64,000 bases of DNA from the NCBI GenBank assembly GCA_023231475.1, contig JALJEE010002697.1, positions 1 through 64,000 on the forward strand, in the 5' to 3' direction. Positions 26,616 to 40,400 of the stretch are shown here, one piece after another. The DNA is from Seison nebaliae (taxonomy: Eukaryota). The notes under the pieces are model-generated. The model had not been told where the DNA came from and searched no databases. It saw only the letters and a program-made list of their open reading frames with translations. The position numbers and the translations under genes were made by a program. The stretch's first letter is position 1. Each line of letters starts with the position of its first letter.

Positions 26616-26822
26616 TTTGTCTAAACGAATGATCAAAAAAAAAATAAAAATTTCTAGAAAAATAAAAATAATAATTTATATTGAAATATTCTCATTTGAA
26701 AGTGAATGAAAGGACGTTGTAATGATTTGAATATGAAAAAAAAAGGAAAAATATGAAGAGAGAATAAAAAAGTTTGGAATAATAATATCGTCAAAAAAAT
26801 GACGAAAACAAATTTAATTCGA

Positions 26823-27482
26823 TTATTGTTCGATATTCTCATTTCCATTAAATACGATTGATCGTCCTGTCACTAAGAGATCAGAATAATTGGAATTATT
26901 GAGATCATCGATCTGATCATCATCATCTTCCTCATCCAAATTTAAATGATCACCATCGAGATGGATATCTATGGGCGAATCATCGATCTGAAGTGGAGTG
27001 ATACTAATCGCTGAGGAAATTAGATCGAGATTTGGATTCTGTTCATGATTGATTTTCATTCGATGATAATCTTTCATCATTTGTTGAAAAGCGATGAAAT
27101 CTTGAAATGATTTCAATAATTCCAATAAATCGTCATCAACTTCTGAATGTCGATTTATGAGAAGTTGCTGGAACGTCAACATATGGAAATCAGGAATTCG
27201 ATTGATTAATTCATTTGTGATGAATGTTTCTATAAGATTCGAATATTTCTCATGGAGATCAGTATAAATAAATTTCGATTCATCATTATCGATATCGAAA
27301 TGATGATAATTCATTTCCATAAAACGAAATTGAGTTTCTCGAAAATTCTCCTCCATTACAATGTCCTCCAACGTGCCGATAATGGAATCGAAGAGACGAT
27401 CCTCCTTTGATGCACAATTCTCTTCATCACCACCAAACAACTCGTCTTCATTCTCGTTATTCGTTAGATCGTTTTCTGTCAT
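26823..27482 (-). CDS. ARL2BP: ADP-ribosylation factor-like 2 binding protein (BART domain), intronless
   Basis: FDSIIGTLEDIVMEENF..Q..FME.NYHHFD...ESKFIYTDLHEKY..LIE.FI...L..RIPDF.M and LL..FQDF.AF.QMM.DY match the ARL2BP/BART signature. Confidence 0.9.
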   Translation of the reverse strand: MTENDLTNNENEDELFGGDEENCASKEDRLFDSIIGTLEDIVMEENFRETQFRFMEMNYHHFDIDNDESKFIYTDLHEKYSNLIETFITNELINRIPDFHMLTFQQLLINRHSEVDDDLLELLKSFQDFIAFQQMMKDYHRMKINHEQNPNLDLISSAISITPLQIDDSPIDIHLDGDHLNLDEEDDDDQIDDLNNSNYSDLLVTGRSIVFNGNENIEQ

Positions 27483-28151
27483 ATCGTCACTGATGGATTT
27501 GTATTGAACTTCTCTAAAATTCTAAATTTCTTCACAAATATATGTTGAGAGAGAAAAGATGAAGAAGAAATTTTCTATAAAATTTTAAACAATCCACTCG
27601 CTACCAATCGAAATAGTTATATGAGTTTTATGGAGAATAACATAATCGATGAACGAAAATTGGAGGGAAATATGAAATAAGCTTAAAATTTTAATTTTCT
27701 TAATTTTTGAAGATTTTTAGAAGAATTCATTTGGAATCATCGTTAATTAAGGAATTTGGGTGGATATTTTGATTTGTTCGGAAACATTAATTGAATGTTA
27801 GAAATTGTCTTATTGTTGGATGACTCATGTGTCACTGGAGGATTGTTGATAATAAATTTCATTGAAGATTCTCATAAAATTTCATTCGACCCATTTATTG
27901 TGTATTAACGATGAATAGAACTATTTTTATTATTATTCTCTTAAAAATTCTTGTTAAGTAAACTTCTTTTTTGTTGATGTATTTTCTTTTGTGATGGTGT
28001 GTGAATGAGTGGCGAGAGAACATAAAGATGTTTAATCATCGACTATTAACTGAAGAAGAACAATTGAGAATTTGTATTAAATAGGGACAGAAAAGTTCCG
28101 ACTTTGACTTATTTCTTTTTTCAGAAAAATTCTTAAAAACTTCTTCGAACT

Positions 28152-29597
28152 ATGTCGGGTGATATCGGATTAATTGGATTGGCTGTGATGGGACAGAATT
28201 TAGTCCTTAACATGAACGACAAAGGATTTAAAGTTGTCGTTTATAATCGAACTGCTTCGAAAATGAAAGAATTCTTGGCGAATGGTGCCGCCGGAACTGA
28301 GGTAACTGGAGCAGAGACGATTGAAGAATTGTGCAATAATTTATCTAAACCTCGAAAAATTATGTTGATGGTACGTGCAGGAAATGCCGTTGATGAAACG
28401 ATAGATCAACTTATTCCTCATTTGACTGATGGTGATGTGATAATTGATGGTGGTAATAGTGAATACGAAGACACACAACGTCGATGTGAGAGAATGAATG
28501 AATACAATCTTCTTTATATTGGAACTGGTATTAGTGGGGGTGAAGATGGTGCTAGATATGGTCCGAGTATTATGCCAGGTGGAATGCCCGAAGCATGGTC
28601 ATTAGTCAAAAATATCTTTCAAACAATTTCAGCGAAAGTAGACGCTGAACCTTGTTGTGATTGGGTGGGTAATAATGGTGCTGGTCATTTCGTCAAAATG
28701 GTCCACAACGGTATCGAATATGGAGACATGCAACTGATTTGTGAAGCATATTCGATTATGAAAGATATGTTACAAATGGAACAATCGAAAATCGCTTCTA
28801 CTTTCGACAAATGGAATCATAATAAATTAAAATCATATCTCATCGAAATAACTTCAGATATTCTCAAATTTAAAGATACTGACGATAATTATCTTCTTCC
28901 AAAAATTAGAGATACAGCTGGACAGAAAGGAACTGGTAAATGGACAGCAATGGCATCATTAACATTTGGACAACCAGTCACTTTAATTTCAGAAGCTGTT
29001 TATGGTCGTTTCCTTTCGTCGTTGAAAGGAGAACGAGAAAGCGCTTCCAATATTCTTCAAATCAGTTCAACACCTCAATTCAAGACACCCAAATCCGAAT
29101 TCATATCACAAATCGAACAAGCACTTTATGCGTCAAAACTCATCTCATATGCTCAAGGGTTCATGTTACTGAAAGCGGCCGATGAAAAATATGATTGGAA
29201 TCTAAATTATGGTGCCATCGCTCTCATGTGGAGAGGTGGTTGTATCATCAGATCAGATTTCCTTGGGAAAATTAAAGATGCATTCTCCAAAAATCCAAAT
29301 TTAGTCAATTTGATGTTAGACGATTATTTCAGTGAAGAAATTCGAAAATCGATCACTTCTTGGAGGAATATTGTGGCAGCGGCCGTGTTGAGCGGTATAC
29401 CCATTCCATGTTTCTCAGCTGCTCTCTCTTTCTTCGACGGTTATCGAAATGAACACTCATCCGCCAATCTAATTCAAGCACAACGTGATTATTTCGGTGC
29501 TCACACATACGAACTGGAGAAGGCACCAGGTGAATTCCATCATACCAATTGGACCGGTCATGGAGGTGCCACCGCTTCTGGCAAGTACAATGCTTAA
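28152..29597 (+). CDS. PGD: 6-phosphogluconate dehydrogenase, decarboxylating (481 aa), intronless
   Basis: GLIGLAVMGQNL, IIDGGNS, GISGGEDGARYGPS, HFVKMVHNGIEYGDMQ, RDTAGQKGTGKWT, WRGGCII, NLIQAQRDYFGAHTY, and the eukaryote-type tail HTNWTGHGG. Confidence 0.98.
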   Translation: MSGDIGLIGLAVMGQNLVLNMNDKGFKVVVYNRTASKMKEFLANGAAGTEVTGAETIEELCNNLSKPRKIMLMVRAGNAVDETIDQLIPHLTDGDVIIDGGNSEYEDTQRRCERMNEYNLLYIGTGISGGEDGARYGPSIMPGGMPEAWSLVKNIFQTISAKVDAEPCCDWVGNNGAGHFVKMVHNGIEYGDMQLICEAYSIMKDMLQMEQSKIASTFDKWNHNKLKSYLIEITSDILKFKDTDDNYLLPKIRDTAGQKGTGKWTAMASLTFGQPVTLISEAVYGRFLSSLKGERESASNILQISSTPQFKTPKSEFISQIEQALYASKLISYAQGFMLLKAADEKYDWNLNYGAIALMWRGGCIIRSDFLGKIKDAFSKNPNLVNLMLDDYFSEEIRKSITSWRNIVAAAVLSGIPIPCFSAALSFFDGYRNEHSSANLIQAQRDYFGAHTYELEKAPGEFHHTNWTGHGGATASGKYNA

Positions 29598-30567
29598 AGA
29601 TGATGAGAATTTCGCTTAATTTTCTAGAATAGTATCCTCTATTCATCTTACCATTTCTTCATTAGAATCTTCAGTTAATTTATCAAAAATGAAATTTTCA
29701 TCTGAAATAAATTTTTGATTTTTTTTTTGAGAATTGTTTTGAATTATTTTGAAATTGTGTTGAAATTTCAATTAAATTTAATTTTGAGTTAAAATCAATT
29801 GACTGATTGATTATAAAAATGGAATTTTAAAAGTCTTTCCATAATTTAATTGGAGGTAATAGAATATTCTATTACCAAATAATATTATTTGATGTGTTGT
29901 ATATATAGAATTTATTTGTCTTAATATAAGTGGATGTAATTGATAATAAAATAATTTTAAAAAAGAGAGAGTGAAAGAGAGCGAAAGAGATAGGATTGAA
30001 GATGATCAGTTGAATAATACATTAATATTGGGAATTGAATAATAACTTGAATGAGTGGGAGAAGAATGGATAACATTAAATGATAAAATTTATTGATAAC
30101 TAACATTCATTTTGTGAGATTAGTATAAAGTTCATATTGACGATTGTTAGAATAAAATTAGAAAAATAATAATTTTTTTTCAAAGAAATAACAGTTATTC
30201 GGAGAAAAGTTTTTTTTTACAATAACGAATGACGTGATTTATATGTTGATGATGTGATGATGATGATGATAATGATGTTATTATGGACGAGTAGAAAAGT
30301 CCACCAGCTCACAAGAGACAACAACAGAATTTCGAAAATAATTTCGTTTAATAGTCGTGAAATGGCCATATGAGAAATAGATGGTCGTTAAATAAGAAAT
30401 ATGTTTTGTTCAATGGAACTCATATCAACGATGATGAAATGAACGTGAGAAATAGGAAAAACAAATGGGATTTACTTCATTTAATTTTGGGAAGAGGATT
30501 TAATTGAGAAGAAAAATATCGTTCGAATGTTTGAGAATGTTGAGGGAGAAAGTGAAGATAAATTCAG

Positions 30568-31367
30568 TTATTGTTTAGTCACATCAGGCATGATATTCCT
30601 GAGAACATCCTTCATATCTTCACCCATTCCATTAAACGCTTCCATCCAATTGGAATTATTCGATAAGAATTCATTCGCTGCATTTTGTAACGAGTTCATT
30701 TGACTCATATCCATGGAAGGAGTACTGGTATTAGATTGGGACTGTGCTTTGAACGACGAGGATGAAGATATATGATTCTGTGATTGTTGTCGCGTATTTG
30801 GCAGGAAAGGAGAATTATCCATTTTTAATCGTTTCGAAGTCTGATGAAGAGAGGAGGATGGTGAGAGAGTATCTTCGATATTTTTGAAAAGTGATTGAAG
30901 CAAATTGGATGTTGTCGTGTCATTCATTTCATTCCTATCTGTTAATTGTACCTGATCGATGGTGGAATGCTTCCGCTTCACATGACTAGATGATGATGAT
31001 GATGATGATGATGATGTTGCTGTGGCAGGTAAATTGGAAAGAGTTGAAGTGGAACTGCTAATAGTGGGACATAAGGAATCAGAAGAATTGTGTGTAGAAG
31101 TAAATGAATTTAACAATTGATTCAATTGAACATTGAAATTGTTGGGAAGTTCATTAGCGAATGAATTCGATATAGTTGTGGTAATTGGAGGAGCGTTGGA
31201 TGTTGAAGAATTATGTGAAACAGATGATGCTTTCTTGAATGGTTTGATTAGATCATTTGGTAAAAATGATTTTAAATATTCAAAATTATTTTCATCTGAC
31301 GAATCATTTTTTATATCATTCATTTGATTCTCATCAACTTTCTGGAAATTCTTTGAATTATTCTTTG

Positions 31368-31402
<35 letters not shown>

Positions 31403-34400
31403 TTATTCTTATTATTCATTGGAGTTACAATTGATCTCAATAAACTATTGAAATCATTATTATTGTTATTGTTATTGTTGTTGTTATTATTATTGTTTGT
31501 TAATTTAGAATTAGAATTAGAATTTTGAATTTTCGATTGTTGTTTAGTGGTGGAAGTGATGCCAGTAGTGAACGATGTTGACGATGATGCAACTGCTGTT
31601 GTTGTTGAAGTTTGATTTTGATTGAAAATCATTGAAAAGATATCATTCATATCATTACCGGGAATGGCGTCAGCTAACTGATCGAATATCTGTTTCTCTT
31701 CGAACGGAGTGGCAGCCAATTGTTCATTAGTTTGTGTCCGTAAAACTCCATCACCATGATTAGTCTTATCGAACATTTTACTGAATAAATCCATAACATC
31801 ATTTTCATTATTCTTATTCTTCTTCTCATTCGATTCGAATTGTAAATTCGTTTTATTCTTCGATTGTCTATTCGATTGACTACGACTCTTTTTTGTTGTT
31901 GTTGTTGTTGCTGTTGTGTTCGTAGTCGTTGTTGATTGGAAAGCGGATGTTGAAGATGATGAATTATTTAATAATTGATTAATCGATTCCGTATGAGATG
32001 TAGATGTGATAATTCTCGTAGTCGTATTAGTGATAGGAGTAGAAGTGGATGGGAGAATGTTAGATAATAAACTATTTAAAGTATTCGGATTAATATCATT
32101 TAATAATTTCATAATATCTTCATTATTCTCTACTGGATTCTTCAAATTCATCTCAATTTTATTCATCGATTTATTTGTCGTCTTATTCACTTCTTTCTTT
32201 CCTCGTCGTCCTCGTTTCACATGTGATGATGAAGCGATTGATGACGTCGAAGAATTGGTTGGAGATTGATCTCTTATTCGATGATGGAGATCGAGTGGGA
32301 GAATTGATTTAGCAAAATTTGATGCTCGATGATCGATATCATAATCAGGATGTTGTTTCAACCAATTTACCAATTCGGCGGGTGGTGGTCGTTTATTGTT
32401 CGCCAATGTTCGATGAGACGCTCGATGAATAAGAGCGAAATTATTATCATATTTGATGACATGTTCACTCTTCGGTTTATTCGAATCCATCTTTACCGAC
32501 GACATATTGAGGAAACTTAACGGATTATTCTTATTGATTGTCGTCGCTGGATTATCATTCAATTTCAACAAGAAATTCGCTGTCGTCGTTGTATCGTTAG
32601 CAATACGATTGAGAAATTTGTAAATATCATCACTCGGATCCATCATCGATTTTGCCGTATCGATAATGGCATTCTGGATTGGTTCTTCTTCCGTCTCAAA
32701 TTTCAATTCATTCAAAATCGCTTTCACTTTCTGGAATTCTGTTGAATTTCTTATTGGATCGACTAAATTCTTTTGGAGTAAATTTACTCCTTCACTATTC
32801 AATAATTTCATAATTGGTTGAGTATCGGCTGGATCTAATGATTTGAAAATGGAATTCAATTCTGGACAATCATTCAATATCTGAGAAAAGATCGATGTCT
32901 GATCTGATGACGAATTACCATCAACATTCTTCATCTTCGTCGAAACAGTCGACGACGATGCTGTTGTTGTTATTGTTGTTGATGGATTATTCAAATTAGA
33001 TGTGCTTGTCGATGGAACGATATTTTTCATATCGTTAAATGAACTTATCTCACCAGGTTCATGTTCATCGATCATACGATGAGTTTTCCTTTTACGTTTC
33101 TGATTCGTTCCTTTGTTACGATCCGTCATTGTTGTTGTTGTTGTCGTGTTATTATTAGGAAGATGATTCGCCATACATGTAATTGAATTCAAATTTGAAT
33201 TTTTTAACGTTGTCGAACTTAACAAAGTCGTGACACTTGTCGAAGATGATGTCGATGTGATACAATTCAAAATTTTATTATTTACACTACAAACCGTCAC
33301 CGTTGTGGTGGGAATGACACTAGTTGTTATTATTGATGTTGAAGGAATAGATAATGGAATTGTTGTTTGCATTTGATTGAGAATGTCCTTGAAAGCTTCA
33401 GCACCAGGAACATGCTCAATCAAATCTTCGATCTCATTCTTCAACGTATCACACGATTTCCCACTCAACATATCGATGATTGATGTTAATGTATCAGATG
33501 AGAGATTAGTATTTCCATTCAAACCATTCGTCAACTTTTTAAGACAATTCATCAATTGTTTATCATCTCCATCAACATTCTCATTTAGAATTTCTTTCTT
33601 CGATATCTTCTTCGGATGTGGGTCGTCACTATTAATTTCATTATTATCATTCTTCTCCATATGTTTACGATTTCTTCGTCCATCTGATTTACATGGACGT
33701 CCTTTCTGTCTAGAAGATCTTTCTTCATCAACTTCATTAAGTCGTCGTTTATTTCTCGTCTTTACAAATTTATTCGTTTTCATTTTATGTGGCAATTCAT
33801 GACATTCATAATCACTATCATCATCAACTGATGTTCTTCCATGAATATTATTTGTTCTAAATGAATTCTTATTATTATTCTCTTTTTGTCGATGATTCTC
33901 TTTTTTCTTCAACGGAATAATTGGAAGTGTTCCACTAGTATCATTTGTAGCTGTTGATGAAGTATCATCAAATTCCACATCTTTTATTTGATCCTCATTA
34001 ACTGTCATGCCTTTATTCAAATGAGTAGGAATGATATGTTTCGACGGATATGACGAAATTGGATGATGTGTTTGTGTCGAATTGAAATTAGTCTGATCTC
34101 CACAATTGGATGATTGTTGCAATTGTTGAGTAGATGACGAGGATGATAAATGTTTTGTAGATGATCCGCTCGATGATGTAAGTGAGGAGTTGACAGTAAG
34201 CCAATCAGGTTTCTGTTTCGCAGACAATTGTTTCATTCTCAAAGTATTTGCTGCAATCTGGAAATCATCTCGGGATGGTTTGACGAAATATCCAGTCTCG
34301 AAATAATTCAACAATGTCTGGAGTCGATCCGTAACGATAATCTCTTTCGGCCAATGATTAAATGCATTGAAATTTGGAATAGCATCTGATGTGAATTTAT

Positions 34401-37400
34401 CTAAAATTATAAATTGAGCTAATGATTTCTCATTCAGTCTAATACGATCAGCAATCTCTTTCTTACAATTTTTCGAATATTCCAATTCCAATTTCTCATC
34501 CGACAATTGTGACATAATCGATTCTTCGAAAAAATCTTCAACATCTTTTTTTATCGATTGATCTTGTATGGTGGTCGTTTCAGACTGATCTTTAAATTGA
34601 TCCAAATCTTCTTTGATCTTATTGAGACGATGTGTATTCATTTCTAAACGTTGAGCTAATTCAATTTTATTATATGTCTCAATACATTTCCCAAAACTAA
34701 ATGTGGGATCAAGTGCACTATTATGATCTAAACGATATAAACCATATTTGTAGACAGCAGCTAAAAGATCGATATCATGTTCTGGTCGTTGCCACCAATC
34801 AGGTAGAGAGGGATGATCTACACTATCACGTTCCAATAATTCATTCAATTTCCTGTAACTGTATCGACTACAAACTTTCCTTACTTCATTCAATAATTCG
34901 ACAATTGAAAAAATTTTCAATGAACGATCTTCGGAAAGTGGTTGAATATGAATATCTGATGCAGCTGTCGGATATTTCCATTCGACAATCGGATTTTGTT
35001 GTTTTAATAAAGAATTTATTGTTGGTTCGGTCGATTGACGTTTAATCATTCGTTCACTATGATGCATAAATGATCGATAATAATCAGCGAGAGTATCATC
35101 AAATTTATTCTCTAATTTCGTCGCATAACTTCTCCAGAATGACCAATTATATTTCTTATTCTCCTCATTATATAAGACACCGTAACAAGAGAGAAATCGA
35201 ATGAATTCCTGTTCTTCTTTTTTGGAAAATTTGACTTGTTTCGCTCTCGTTCTTTCTTGTCGTTTTATATGAGCTAATTCGGCAGTTCTTAATCGTTTCT
35301 CTTCTCTCAATTTCTCTTTCTCTCGTTCGATACGTTCTTTGGCTGACCATTTCTGAAATAAAGATTTCATTCGACGAATACGAATGTTCAATTCGGACGC
35401 GGCAGGAAAAGGACAGAAATGTGGTGGCGCTGGAACTTCTGGAGGTTCGACCACTTCCGGTTCACGAGGAAGAGTGAAATTCCTCTTCTCTTTAGCGATA
35501 TCAAAATGTTCGAATTCGTCATCTTCCGGAAGATTGAGATCCATCAAATCGATCAATTCATGAGCATCTTGAATATCATCGTTCGATATTTTCGTCAAAT
35601 TTGGCGATGCCAATGATCTCAATAAAGATTCGGTAATGTTATTTTTGAATTCGTGATCTTTCGGAATGAAATTCATTTTCTGCATATTATGTTTCTCACT
35701 CATTTTGATGGTTTGGTCGACTCGTGTACACATATGATCGAGTAATTTATTGATAATAATTTGAGCGGATAATGAAACATTTCCTTCAGTCGCATCGATT
35801 AATTCTTGTTCATAATTCTGTAATTTTTCCAAGTAATTCTCATATCGAATCGCTTCCTTATTATATTGTTCTTTTTCCATCTCATATAATCGTTGAGCAG
35901 TGAGTACTTCAGAATTGTTGATTCCACATAATTTCAGGAAGGGTAATGAACTATCACCTCGAATAGAATTATATTCTTCATATCCATGTTTGTACATACC
36001 GATAGCGATGGCCATATCATATTCTGTTGTCCACCAATGAGCTACAGGTGCACTGAAATCCACAAAAGCATTTTGAAGATTTGAATTAATCTCATCAGGA
36101 ATTTGAATCATTCGATGGATTTGTTCCCATTCGAGATCGATGAACTTCTTCTCACAACCACTCTCGTCATTCTCCACCACTTGAATATTATCGATATATT
36201 GACGTATTGATAATGGTAATATCTCATTCTGTAAATAGAAGAGGAAACGAATACGGAAAATATGTTTGGATGCATTCGTTCGAATATTCTTTTGAAATGA
36301 TTCTTCAATTATACATTGTTCGGGATCGAGAAATGTCCATGATATTAATTCTTTCAAATTCCACAAACTCTTATGTTGATTATTGTTGTTGTTGTTATTA
36401 TTATTATTATTATTATTGTTGTTCGTTTTGTTCGTTAACATTTCACCATCAATTATCGTCTCCTCATCTTTCTTCATTTGATTATGATTATTATTATTAT
36501 TGTTGTTGTGGTTGTTGTTAGCAGGAGTACGATTTCGAATTTTTGATGGAATCATATCATAACCAACATGAAGACGATAATCATAATTGCCTTCTTTCCT
36601 CAAATCCGTTGGAGCGATCAATTGACGAATGAATTCATGAATCTTCTCATCACCTTGGAAATATTTGAGACATAAAAGAACAATGGAACGAGCCAAATCT
36701 TCCGCTTCCATATTACTCAATGAACAAATACGACAACATCGACGAATTAATGTCCATCGTCCCCATCCGAATCGTAATAATCCTTTCAACATTCTCATAC
36801 ATTCCTGTTTCGACCAAATACGATAACCAGCTTCTTCCGCTTCCTGTTTCAATAATTGTCGATTCTTCTTCTCTTGACGACGATTTTTTCGTTTCGTTGA
36901 CAATTGAGAACCATTCTTATGACTACGACGACCTTTCGATCGGAGCACTTTCTCTCCTTTCTCATTTACACTCAAATCACTCACATCCGAATCTCCCAAT
37001 GTTGAATCGGAATCAGATAAATCTGATAAATCTGAATCATGTTTCACTTTCTCTGCCGCTTTCACTCGTCGACCACTATCCGTCGTATAATGATCTTGAT
37101 CAGTTAATCGTTTCACTTGTGTCCGACGTCGAGGTTCATCTAATATTCTTGAATCACGATTTAAAATCGATTCAGAATCCACATCAGCTTTTTTCGCCCA
37201 TTTCTGCCAGAAATTAGGATCATCAATCGATATATCATTTCTGGTATTACTCGCACTGAAACTGGCTTTAGCGAAACTGGAACTTTGAGTTCCACTATCG
37301 CCACTTTTTCCATCTTCCAATGTGATGACTTGTGTTCGTCTCTCCAGAATTTGTTCAATATCTTCTTCACAGAATTTATCTCCCGCATTATCCTCATCCA

Positions 37401-40400
37401 TCAATGCACCATATGCTCCTTTCTTTAACAAATCTTCAATTTCTTTCTTCGACATTTGTTGTTGTTGTTTCACATTTTTATCTTCAGCTCTCATCGATTG
37501 TAGAACGGCTTTCTCCAAACCTAATTTCATCGATGCTCTATCGAACATTTCTCTTTCATATGTATTTCTAGTTACAAGTCGATAAATCTTCACATTCTTC
37601 TTCTGTCCAATACGATGAACGCGAGCTTGTGCTTGCAAATCATTTTGTGGATTCCAATCGGAATCATAAATTATGACTGTGTCAGCTGCCGTCAAATTTA
37701 TACCCAAACCACCAGCTCTCGTACACAGAAGGAAAACGAAACGATCACTATCTGGTCGACTGAAACGATCGATCGCTTCTTGACGTAATTCGCCTCTTAC
37801 ACGACCATCAATCCGTTCGAATGGATATCGTCGAGCGATTAGATAATCTTCAATAATATCGAGGCATCTGATCATTTGTGAGAAGATCAAAACTTTATGT
37901 CCTCCTTGTTTCAATTTCGGTAATAATTTATCAATTAAAACTAATTTTCCAGCACTAGCAATTAATGCTTGGAACATTTCATCTTCATCGTCCGGTGTAC
38001 ACCTGTGCATTTCACAATATTCATTAATTATCACACTTTCCGCCCCGTCCAACAAAAACGGATGATTACAACATTTCCTCAATTCCATCATCGTATTCAT
38101 TAAATTTGGAACGTTCGACGCCGTCGTACTTTTTACGAGAAATTGGAAATTCTTTTCCAGAATTGCACGATAATATTTTTTTTGAATATTTGTCAATTCA
38201 ACTTCGATAATTGTTTCTTTTTTCGGTGCGAGATTCTTTTCCACATCCTCTTTCAATCGACGTAACATCATCGGTTTGAGAACAGCCTGTAACTTCTGGA
38301 CATGCTCATCCGATTCCAATTTGCCGAACTCTTTTAGAAATTCTTCTGATGATTGGAATTGTTCCGGTTCGAGAAAATTCAATAAGGAAAATAATTCTTC
38401 AATATTATTTTGTAATGGTGTTCCCGTCAATAATACTTTATGTTCGAAAGAGAAATAACTCAATCCTTCGAATAATTTACATCGTTTATTCTTCAATCGA
38501 TGTGCTTCATCAATGATGACATTCCTCCATTTGATGGCAGATAATATTTCGATATCCGATAACAACATTTCAAATGTTGTAATAATCGCATTGAATTTCA
38601 ATCGTTGAGTAATTCGACGATTCTTCTCGTCATACCAATAGAATTCATATCGTTGAAGAATTTCACGCGATTTAGCCGAACCATGATAAACGATGGCATT
38701 CATATCTGTCCACGTCTCAAATTCTCGAATCCAATTACCAACGGTGGATAAGGGAACGATAACGAGATAAGGACCAGTGACACCATAATTACTGACATTG
38801 AATAAATAAGTGATACTTTGAATCGTTTTTCCCAATCCCATTTCATCGGCTAAAATACAATTCTGACAATTTAACCAACAGAACGTCAACCAATTTATTC
38901 CTTCCAATTGATATTCTCTCAATTGATTATTATTCTTATAAATTGGTGATTCCATCAACTTTTTGAATGCATGAGCTTTCGGTCTTCGAATATCAATTTC
39001 AGCTGATTGTGCAGCTGTCAAAGCAGCAGTTGATAAATTTTTCTTTCTTCCATTTTGACCCAATTGTTGAACACCTGTATATTGGAGTGCATCTAATAAA
39101 GATTTAGGTGGAGATTTATATCGTTCATAATGTCGAATTTTTCCTTTACTAATACTGTCGATAATATCTTCGCGTCTCTCCCATGTTGCTTCATCGTACG
39201 ATAAACTTTTCCATTTGACATAATAATAAATCGTTCGCAATTCGATCGGTTGTTCACCAGTCACCAATTCCAATTGTTTCATCGATTCATCTGTCTCTTC
39301 ATTGGTCGATCCATTCTCTTCACGAATATCAATATCATCAATCATTGTTCTATTATCATCTAATTGAATTGTCATTGATAGTAAATCTTTCATACAATCA
39401 ACAATTCCATCATCATTAACATCTTTGAAAAGATCATCAATTTCATTCTCTTTCGTTTCTACATCCTCCTCACAAATATCATCTTCATGAAAACTGTTCT
39501 CTTCGTATTGTTGGAAGATGATAGCGGAATTGACAACTTCTTGTAATGTCTGTGCAATTGTTAATCGAATATGAATCATCTCCTTTTCATTTTCTATCAA
39601 TTTCAATTTTCGTTCTTCCTTCAACAATCTTTTCTTTTCTTTCCTCTCAATATTTACAGCGTCGATTGCATATTCTGGAATCGTTACATATTCGATGACT
39701 TCTTGATCATCAAGTATTCTTTCCACTTCAATATAATCCTGATTGAAGAATTCCTCTTCACTCATAATGTCATCGAGGAAGGCGAGTGCCGAATTCTGAT
39801 TCTTTTTCGTTGTAAATCGTTTGATTTTCGCATCAATTCGTATATCGGTCGCTACTAATTCATCTCTCGTTTTCCAATCGCAATGAATATAAGATAATTG
39901 TTTCCATTTCACAAAATATTCGGTGACTTTCTTCAAATGACTTTTCTTCGAATTCTCTTCTTTCCGTTTCTTCGATTTTTCTTCTCGTTTCAATTCATCT
40001 TTCTCATTACGAATTCGTTTTTCACCAATTGATTTCTCTCTCCATAAATCGATATATTTCTCTTTCTCCACTTCATCAGCGTCCAACAATTCTTCTTCGC
40101 GAGTTTTAATCGCGATGTCACGAATGCCAAGAATCTTCTCCACTATCATCGTTATGGGTAGAATTGTATTCGGATCGAATATTGGTCGATCTAACATTGT
40201 TTCCGTTTCTATTTCCTCTTCACTTTCCGTCAATGGTTCAATTTCTTGAATGACATTCACTTTCTTCTTTTCACCTTTTTTCTTTCCTCCTTTTGCTCCT
40301 CCTTTTTTCTTCTTTTTTAATTCAACAATTTTCAGTGGTATATCATTCCTCGATTCAGAAATGACTTTTTTTAACTCCGTCTCTTCCGTCATCGAGAAAT

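Noticed and set aside
28152..29597. Bacterial horizontal origin of the intronless PGD
   Set aside because: It has eukaryote/animal-type features (EPCCDWVG, HTNWTGHGG tail), host-like codon usage, and neighbouring native genes are intronless too.
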